This document shows, piece by piece, positions 57,412 to 64,000 of a DNA stretch of 64,000 nt. The notes below the pieces were generated by a model. That model worked only from the letters and a program-made list of their open reading frames with translations. It was not told the DNA's origin and searched no databases. The stretch is from contig JAKAIX010000002.1 in the NCBI GenBank assembly GCA_021814165.1, positions 69,371-133,370 on the forward strand, given 5' to 3'. Made by a program: the position numbers and the translations under genes. Position 1 is the first letter of the stretch. Every line of letters begins with the position of its first letter. Source of the DNA: a bacterium. Its GTDB lineage: Bacteria > Patescibacteriota > Minisyncoccia > UBA6257 > GWB1-50-10.

Positions 57412-58085
57412 GTGAACTCTTTCATGTGTACATATACGGACCGATCCTCTCGGTTCTTGTGTTTTTGTATCAATATCTCTCCTTTCACGACCTCGGGATA
57501 TCCATCATTGAACTCACCGTCCTTATTCGTCTCGTTCTTCTTCCCGTTTTTTATAAAAGCACGAAAGACCAGACAATTCTCCAGCGCTTACAGCCGCACA
57601 TAAAAAAAATACAAACCGACCACAAAGAAGACAAAGAGCGACAAGCAAAAGAGCTTATGGCGCTGTATCGGGAACACCGCGTAAATCCATTTACCGGATT
57701 TCTTCTTTTATTAATTCAACTCCCCGTGTTTATAGCGCTTTTCCAAATTTTCACGACGGGTATAAGCAGCGGAGCGTTTCAGAGTGGGTGGTTTCTCGGT
57801 GTTCTCGATCTAAGCGGAAAAAGTTGGGCGCTCGTGATTGTGGCGGCGGCACTCCAGTTTTTACAGAGCAAGATGATGCTTGCAAAAAAGGCCCCCGACG
57901 CAAAAGGAAGCGACCCGGCGGCTTCGGTGCAGAAAACCATGCTTTTTGTCGGCCCGCTTCTCACTGTGATAATATTAGGAAACCTCCCCGCAGCCATAGG
58001 TCTTTACTGGCTTGTCTCCAATGCATTCTCTTTGGTGCAGCAGGTATATATTAATAAAAAGGTGGAAGAGAATATTCCCCGATGA
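57408..58085 (+). CDS. yidC: Membrane protein insertase YidC (short form)
   Basis: IRLVLLP, LQP.IKKIQ, LYREHRVNP, IQLPVF and GLYW. Confidence 0.92.
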   Translation: MSELFHVYIYGPILSVLVFLYQYLSFHDLGISIIELTVLIRLVLLPVFYKSTKDQTILQRLQPHIKKIQTDHKEDKERQAKELMALYREHRVNPFTGFLLLLIQLPVFIALFQIFTTGISSGAFQSGWFLGVLDLSGKSWALVIVAAALQFLQSKMMLAKKAPDAKGSDPAASVQKTMLFVGPLLTVIILGNLPAAIGLYWLVSNAFSLVQQVYINKKVEENIPR

Positions 58086-58516
58086 CAATGAACATAGAAA
58101 CACACATACGAAAGCTTCTCGATCTTATGGGTTTTACCGACGCCCAGGTTTCTGTTGATGAAGAACACAGGAAGGTAGTTGTGGTGGTCGACGATGAACT
58201 GTTTCGATCCCAGCTCCCCACCTCTCTTCCCGCGTTTGAACACCTTATTAATTTGATGTTGAGACGCGAAAAACTCCCCTCATTTGTGGTTGATGTTAAT
58301 TACTACAGAAGAGAACGCGAGCGCCTCATCATTGAGCTTGCAAAAGCGGGAGCAAAGAAGGCCCTTCTTACGAAGACCGACGTTGAATTACCTCCCATGA
58401 ATGCGTACGAGCGCAGATTGGTTCATGTGGAAATTTCCACCCACCCCGACCTCACTACGGAAAGTGAAGGCGTTGGCAAGGATCGCCACACCGTTATCAA
58501 ACACATCACCGCGTAG
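58082..58516 (+). CDS. jag: Jag/EloR-like KH-R3H RNA-binding protein
   Basis: VDVNYYR, LPPMNAYERRLVH and TESEG.G.DR; follows yidC. Confidence 0.85.
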   Translation: MTMNIETHIRKLLDLMGFTDAQVSVDEEHRKVVVVVDDELFRSQLPTSLPAFEHLINLMLRREKLPSFVVDVNYYRRERERLIIELAKAGAKKALLTKTDVELPPMNAYERRLVHVEISTHPDLTTESEGVGKDRHTVIKHITA

Positions 58517-58529
58517 TTTTTTTGGTTTG

Positions 58530-58837
58530 CCCCATTCCCTCGCGGCACCGGGTGTCGGAATGCTCCTGCGGCATTCCGCACCCTACGCTCTCGGCTTCCG
58601 CCTTCGCACAAAGCTTCGGCCGGACAAGCGCCCTTACTTTTGCCCTGCCCTCCGTAGCTTTCAAGCGAAGGAGGATCGTCCTGCGAGAGCTGCCGCTTAG
58701 GAACGAGGGCAAACCACACACAATCAATCAAAAAAGATCTGCGCCATACTCCTTCGAACGAGGGTAAGGCTTGGCCAAGCCTGCCTGCGCAGGCAGGCGG
58801 CCCGGAGCGCCCGAGTCGAGAAGGAGTATGGCGCAGA
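58530..58837. repeat. Cluster of palindromic mini-elements between convergent genes
   Basis: Two CTTCGC..AGCT.CGG elements (58597-58628, 58645-58675) and copy 2 of the CGAACGAGGGTAAG element (58738-58837). Confidence 0.75.
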
Positions 58838-58847
58838 GAACAAAAAC

Positions 58848-60074
58848 CTAGTCTCCCGCGCTCTGACCGGCCTCGGAAAACCGATCCGAGGTAAGGTTTA
58901 GCGCATAGAGGTGTCCGTCATAGCGGTTTATAAAGTAAAGAAAGCCCTTACTAAACCTCGGGGAGATTCCATCGAACACCCCCCCGTTTATTGTTTTTGG
59001 GAGATCGGACGACGCGGTGCCGCCATTCGAGAGATTTACTTCAAAAAGAGAATCAGAGGTGAAGATTTTTGACTTGAGGTAGTCGTCGGGAAGAACCGCC
59101 CCTCTGAAATTTTGGGAGGTTGGCACGAAACAATATACGATCACGCCCCCAAACGCGCATTTTTCCGGAACCGTAACGAACGGAATGGGGGTTATGGTGC
59201 TTAGCGTTCTTGGATCGAGCGCGTGGAACGCATTACCTTGGAAGGAAAAAAGCACCCGCTTGTCGTCGCTTGGCGCAAAAAGAAGTCCGTTCTCCGGCCC
59301 GAGGAGAAGATGAACGGAGAGATCGTTCACATCAACCCCCCAGATGCGGGAAGAATATTTTGCAGACCCGCGCTCTTCAAGAAAAAGCGTTGAGGGAGGG
59401 AAAAACGAAAGCTGTACATCCTGAAAACGAAAATCCTTCACAAGAATTTTGGTTGAGACATCGCTCTTGCTTATATCGATCAGAGCGAGCGCGGGAATGC
59501 TCCCGTTTTGAACAACTCCGTAAAGCACACCGTTGTTTGGCCCCCACGTCGCGTTTAAGACGGTATTTGAAAGCGGACGCCACGTCTGATCCACATCATC
59601 GAAAACCCCCCATTGCGGAGAACGCGGATCGCCAAAAGAAGCGAGAACTCTTTGAGAGTTTGGGCCGACCTCGATTGAATTCGGTGTGCCGGCGCGCTGT
59701 TTGACTATTTCCACATCCCCCCCATTTTTATTTTTGTTGACCAAGAACACCCGTCCGTCCCCGCTCAAGTAAAAAATGCCCTCGGTTTGGGGATCAATCC
59801 AATACCCGGAAACCGGCTGGTCAGAAACCTTAAAGACGGGATCGGAGTCGGACGGAAATGTGATGGTGTTTACGGCGCCAATCGGCCCCGTTGATGTCCC
59901 CGCGGTTGGAAAGAGCGATCCTCCGGGGAAAGTCGAAGAGGGAGAAGAAGGCGCAAGGGGGGCCGTTGTTTCCGGGCCGGCAATCCCTCCCCAGATAAAA
60001 TAAATAATAACCCCCACCACGGCGACAATAAGGAGGGCAATGATTATTTTCTTATAGTCCAGTTTTTTTACCAT
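58848..60074 (-). CDS. Membrane-anchored extracellular beta-propeller-like protein
   Basis: N-terminal TM, Pro/Ser linker, EKC..YCFVP..LPDDY and LYFINRYDGHLY. Confidence 0.7.
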   Translation of the reverse strand: MVKKLDYKKIIIALLIVAVVGVIIYFIWGGIAGPETTAPLAPSSPSSTFPGGSLFPTAGTSTGPIGAVNTITFPSDSDPVFKVSDQPVSGYWIDPQTEGIFYLSGDGRVFLVNKNKNGGDVEIVKQRAGTPNSIEVGPNSQRVLASFGDPRSPQWGVFDDVDQTWRPLSNTVLNATWGPNNGVLYGVVQNGSIPALALIDISKSDVSTKILVKDFRFQDVQLSFFPPSTLFLEERGSAKYSSRIWGVDVNDLSVHLLLGPENGLLFAPSDDKRVLFSFQGNAFHALDPRTLSTITPIPFVTVPEKCAFGGVIVYCFVPTSQNFRGAVLPDDYLKSKIFTSDSLFEVNLSNGGTASSDLPKTINGGVFDGISPRFSKGFLYFINRYDGHLYALNLTSDRFSEAGQSAGD

Positions 60075-61588
60075 TGTACGTGAATATTGTCGCCGGTCGT
60101 CGTGTCATAAGTCTTCCCGTTACAACCCGCGTATTCGTTAAGCGATCCTCCAAGCCCCGCGGCTTTCAGGGCGGCCATCGCCTTTTTCACATTGCCGCAC
60201 GGATCATTCCCGGACGCGGGAGTCGTAAGTTTTATGTCGGCGCAGGTTCCTATCGCGTGGCACGAAGCCATATGGTGAACCGTCGACGGCCACGCCTCCG
60301 TGATATACCACGCGCCGGTTCCTCCCATCGACTTACTAAAGACTTTCAATTTGGTTATTAGGTCGGGATTGAGTTTGCATTCCCCGGTGGCATTTAGGTT
60401 GCTGTTATTTATCGTTTTATCACACGGATTGGAGCCGACCGCGAAACCGGCGCTTGTGACGGTTTCGCATGGGTGCGAGGTGTCGGTTCCTGCACACGCC
60501 TGAACATCCGCATTATTGGACGGCATATTTACCTTGGGGTTCTCGGAGACGGTGCAGGTCCATTTTTGTTCCTGACAGTAATCCGTATAACAGAGACCGT
60601 CTTGTCCGGGAACCGGCCCCACCTTTGTGCCGTCGCTCTTTGTTCTTTCGAGGGGCGGCGGCGAGGAGATATCATAGTAAGGAAACTGATCCGAGACGTC
60701 GACGGCATCAACCACGGGCGTGTACTGCGAGGGATCGTGCGCGTCAAACCCCTTAACCGAGGATCTTTTTGCGGTAAAAGTCCACGTCTTACAGGTGGGG
60801 CTGTCCAGGCTTTGCATTTTCGGGGCACACAACTGTAAGTTGGAATTTAAATCCACCATTTGTATCTCGGGTTTTGTGTTGTTGCTGTCTTTGGGAAGAA
60901 GATACGCATAAATCAGACACTCGGCCGTCGAAGCGCCGCCCTGTTTTTTGAAGTAGGGGTAAAGCCACACCATTGAACCCTTTGATATCACCGGGTTGTC
61001 GTTATAATAATCACCCTCTACAAGCTGAATGTCTTGCGTCTTCAGCACCGATCTTCTATAAAGGCAGTTTAAGCTTGCCACCTGAGAGCTCCCGTCAAAC
61101 ACCCGAATGGTCTCGAATGTCTGTGTGTCAGAGCCAACACAATCGTTCGCGGTAAGAGAATCGGTGTTTTGTGAGGACAGTTTTATATCGCTCTCTCCCG
61201 CGGCAGGAAGTTTAAGGAGGGTGATCTCGGGGTTAATGGTATTCAACACAAGATAAGAGCCGAAGAGGAGAATGAGGCCGAATATCGATGAGGTGATCAT
61301 ATCCGAGGCCTCGCGCAGCTTGTCGGGACTTCCCGCGGAAACGATCCTCATGATGCCGCCCGCGACAATCATTCCCAAGGCGAGCGCTCCGCCGATCCAC
61401 AAGCTGAATTTATAGAGATTATTTATGTAAGTAACGATATCGGTTGTTTTGCTCTGGCATCCGGGACAGGGAAAATCAACATTCACAATCTTGTCGTTCT
61501 GCCCCGCGGTTTGGGCGTGCGCCACAAGACCAAACCCCATAATAATAAGGAAGAGAAAGAAAATTGTTGTGATGTTTTTTCTCCTCAT
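60068..61588 (-). CDS. Pilin-like (TrbC/VirB2-type) protein with a Cys-rich extension and C-terminal M15-like metallopeptidase motif
   Basis: GALALGMIVAGG..A..I..GLILLFGSYLVLNTINP pilin segment; SCHAIGTCADI...GDNIHV. Confidence 0.7.
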   Translation of the reverse strand: MRRKNITTIFFLFLIIMGFGLVAHAQTAGQNDKIVNVDFPCPGCQSKTTDIVTYINNLYKFSLWIGGALALGMIVAGGIMRIVSAGSPDKLREASDMITSSIFGLILLFGSYLVLNTINPEITLLKLPAAGESDIKLSSQNTDSLTANDCVGSDTQTFETIRVFDGSSQVASLNCLYRRSVLKTQDIQLVEGDYYNDNPVISKGSMVWLYPYFKKQGGASTAECLIYAYLLPKDSNNTKPEIQMVDLNSNLQLCAPKMQSLDSPTCKTWTFTAKRSSVKGFDAHDPSQYTPVVDAVDVSDQFPYYDISSPPPLERTKSDGTKVGPVPGQDGLCYTDYCQEQKWTCTVSENPKVNMPSNNADVQACAGTDTSHPCETVTSAGFAVGSNPCDKTINNSNLNATGECKLNPDLITKLKVFSKSMGGTGAWYITEAWPSTVHHMASCHAIGTCADIKLTTPASGNDPCGNVKKAMAALKAAGLGGSLNEYAGCNGKTYDTTTGDNIHVQW

Positions 61589-61589
61589 G

Positions 61590-62297
61590 TTATTGGGATG
61601 TTTGCAAAGGAATAAAGAGCAACGACTTCGCGATTTCGAGCGGATTTAAGTTGTTCTGCGTAGCGGCGGAAATCTGGACGGTATTTTGCGAAATCGTTTT
61701 CGGGGTTCCCACGTTCAGGGTGAGCACGTTGCCTTTTGTGTCGACACGGCCTTCATTTACGGACCAGAAGAAGCTGAGATCGCTCAGCGAGCGAATGGAA
61801 AAGGAAAAAGGAATCGCCTCAACTGTTATTTGGGAGTCGGGTGCGACGGCGCCCGTCGGGGACTTGTAACTTAACACGACCTCCGGCGACACGATGGGAA
61901 TTTGAAGAGAATTTTGGAACGAGCCGTCTTTTGTTACTATGGTGGCGCGAACCGACGCGTAGCCGTCGTCTTCCTGCCCCGCATAGAAGGAAATAGTTTT
62001 GAGCCCGGTGCCCGACTTCAAAAATTCGTCATCAACGAACCAGCGAATCTCGGCGCCCGAAACGTCCATGAGTTTGTTGTTTTGAATAAGTTCAGCAGAC
62101 ACCACAATCTCGGTGTGTGGCGCGGGAAGCGGCTTCCCCGTAAAACCGGCGGGGATATAATTATTCGCCTCCCAAGTAATAATAACCTGGCCGTTCGTTG
62201 TCTGTGCGGAGGAAGGAGAAACAACCGAAAGAGAAATAACGGCAGCAAACGCAAGTAAGGAGAAGAATTTTGAAGTTTGAAATTTGGATTTTAGCAT
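61590..62297 (-). CDS. Secreted Ig-like hypothetical protein
   Basis: Signal peptide, ITWEA..YIP..F.GK.LP motif, beta-rich. Confidence 0.7.
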   Translation of the reverse strand: MLKSKFQTSKFFSLLAFAAVISLSVVSPSSAQTTNGQVIITWEANNYIPAGFTGKPLPAPHTEIVVSAELIQNNKLMDVSGAEIRWFVDDEFLKSGTGLKTISFYAGQEDDGYASVRATIVTKDGSFQNSLQIPIVSPEVVLSYKSPTGAVAPDSQITVEAIPFSFSIRSLSDLSFFWSVNEGRVDTKGNVLTLNVGTPKTISQNTVQISAATQNNLNPLEIAKSLLFIPLQTSQ

Positions 62298-62312
62298 TGT
62301 CTTCATTATACC

Positions 62313-62744
62313 CTACTTACCTCCCGCCGCCCCCGCGACACTCTCCGCGATAGCGAATTTTTCGGGGTGGTTGTGAATATAAGTCTCGGCGACGAACATA
62401 ACGGTGTTAATAAAGAGAGGAATCCAGGGAACGACGTTCGCAATCCCCTTGAATACAATCCTTCCTACCTTGGTTGCGTGGGGATCGTTTTTTGACTTAA
62501 GCCACAACCAAATTGTAAACGCAACGCCGTTCCTTAAAACCGGAGTTATTATCGCGCCTATTATCGTGTAGTCGAGCGCCAGACACATAGTGTCGGTGGT
62601 GAAGGTGTATATAAGCCCGACCATTATCTCGGAGGTAGTGAAGTCGTCCGGATTTGGTCCCGCGCTTCCGGAGTATGCCCCCTCTTTCTTTTTAAGGCTT
62701 TGCGTCCCGGAGGATTTGGTTGTTGTTTTCGGAAGCTCCGCCAT
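62313..62744 (-). CDS. Hypothetical membrane protein
   Basis: Hydrophobic ORF within the VirB4 operon. Confidence 0.65.
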   Translation of the reverse strand: MAELPKTTTKSSGTQSLKKKEGAYSGSAGPNPDDFTTSEIMVGLIYTFTTDTMCLALDYTIIGAIITPVLRNGVAFTIWLWLKSKNDPHATKVGRIVFKGIANVVPWIPLFINTVMFVAETYIHNHPEKFAIAESVAGAAGGK

Positions 62745-62747
62745 GGT

Positions 62748-64000
62748 TTATTTTTGTTGCAACCCCTTAATCTCCATGATTTGTTCGGGGTTCGTGGTAA
62801 TGATCTGATCCTCCGTATAAGAAGGGATGATTTTAATCGCAACGTGCTTCAGTCCCGCAAAGAAAAGCCCTTCACCGATCCCGGCCTGGAGGAGAAATGC
62901 CGCCTCCCCCTCGGTAAGGCCGAACGCCTTGGTAAGAACCTCGATCGAGGTGGGGGATTGTTTTAGGAGTAACTGAAGCGAGGAGTTGGTGATAATCGGC
63001 TTCCCGTACTCCGATTTCAAGAAGTCGTCGACGTCCTGCGTGATAGTGACGACACCGAGATAATATTTTCGCGCTCTTTTTACAAGACCGAAAAGAAACG
63101 AGGCGCTGTCTTTGTGTTTCATCATAAGCCACGCCTCATCAATCACAAGCATCCGCTTTTTAAGTTCCGACCGGATGATGTTCCACACGAAGTTCAAAAT
63201 AATATACATCGCGATGGGACGAAGCTCTTCTTCGAGATCGCGGATTGAAAACACAATGAGCCGATTCTTAATATCGACGTTCGTGGGCGCATTAGTGAAA
63301 CCGGAGTAAGAGCCGTGGGTGAATTTATCGAGACGCTGACCGATACCGCGCCCGCCCTCGGTGTTCATAAGAATTGTTTGCAGGTCCTCGAGGAGCGGCG
63401 GGTTTAATTCCTTCATACTTCCGAAATTCTCCGCAGTAATGTCCCGCGAGGCATACGTCTCGGTGATCGCACGGTCGAGAAGCGATTCCTCCTCGGGGGT
63501 TATTTCTCCCAACATGAGTTTTACGAGACCCGTCAGGTTCAGGATATGAGACTTGAAGACATCCGCCGGTTCATCTCCTTCGGGAATAATCGGGATATCG
63601 AACGGATTAATGTGGCTCGGCGAAGTGAGTGAGATTTTGAAATAACTCCCCCCGATCGCATTCGCCAGGTTTTCATATTCGTTCTCCGGGTCGATCACGA
63701 TAACATTCGTGCCCACCATCATCGAGCGGAGAATCTGAAGCTTTGCCGCATATGATTTTCCGGACCCGGATTTCGCGAAGATGGTCATGTTCGCATTCTC
63801 AAGCGAATAGCGATCGAAAATAATCAAACTATTGTTGTGCATATTTACCCCATAGAGAATGCCTTTTTCCGAGGTAAGATCAGGGGAGATGAACGGAAAG
63901 AGCGATGAGGCGGGGCCCGTGTTCAAAGAGGTTCTCACCGCGAGTTCGTCAGATGCAAGCGGAAACACAGAGTTTAGCCCCTCGGATTGTCTGAAGAGTG
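62748..64000 (-). CDS. VirB4/TraC-like ATPase, 5' part outside the window
   Basis: AKSGSGKS, VIDPENEY, INPFD, VIDEAW, RARKY..ITQ and IGEGLF. Confidence 0.9.
   Translation of the reverse strand, partial: LFRQSEGLNSVFPLASDELAVRTSLNTGPASSLFPFISPDLTSEKGILYGVNMHNNSLIIFDRYSLENANMTIFAKSGSGKSYAAKLQILRSMMVGTNVIVIDPENEYENLANAIGGSYFKISLTSPSHINPFDIPIIPEGDEPADVFKSHILNLTGLVKLMLGEITPEEESLLDRAITETYASRDITAENFGSMKELNPPLLEDLQTILMNTEGGRGIGQRLDKFTHGSYSGFTNAPTNVDIKNRLIVFSIRDLEEELRPIAMYIILNFVWNIIRSELKKRMLVIDEAWLMMKHKDSASFLFGLVKRARKYYLGVVTITQDVDDFLKSEYGKPIITNSSLQLLLKQSPTSIEVLTKAFGLTEGEAAFLLQAGIGEGLFFAGLKHVAIKIIPSYTEDQIITTNPEQIMEIKGLQQK

Noticed and set aside
58520-58840. CRISPR array
   Set aside because: The palindromes are heterogeneous and irregularly spaced, with no constant repeat-spacer period and no cas genes.
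1-64000. Alternative genetic code (UGA=Gly)
   Set aside because: Conserved genes are intact in code 11, and several end properly at TGA (trpS, rpmH, yidC).

Overview
This is a chromosomal window around the replication origin of a reduced-genome bacterium using genetic code 11. Gene content and style suggest Patescibacteria/CPR, probably Parcubacteria (inference). The core includes dnaA-oriC-dnaN, rpmH-rnpA-yidC-jag, polA, ruvA/B/C, holA, tsaE, murA/B/E, a class A PBP, trpS/ileS/argS, RNase J, infC-rpmI-rplT, rpsT, smpB-ssrA, lexA, tRNA-Leu(CAG), tRNA-Arg(CCG), a PilB/GspE ATPase and the end of a VirB4/pilin locus. I found no CRISPR array, transposase, integrase or reverse transcriptase. The main non-routine signals are: (1) three ~600-aa Cys-rich paralogs, one bracketed by exact 28-bp direct repeats and preceded by the orphan 3' tail of a lost paralog, suggesting cassette-like turnover; (2) several families of tiny palindromic elements inserted into tmRNA, ileS (in frame), a gene relic and each other; (3) a leader-peptide attenuator ahead of an MFS pump; (4) a shared 17-bp candidate LexA operator; (5) two long rod-like ncRNA candidates, one 6S-like; (6) widespread leaderless promoter architecture; (7) an IleRS2 with a GLHH motif and an inserted histidine-phosphatase domain. 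All calls were made by eye, with no database searches.
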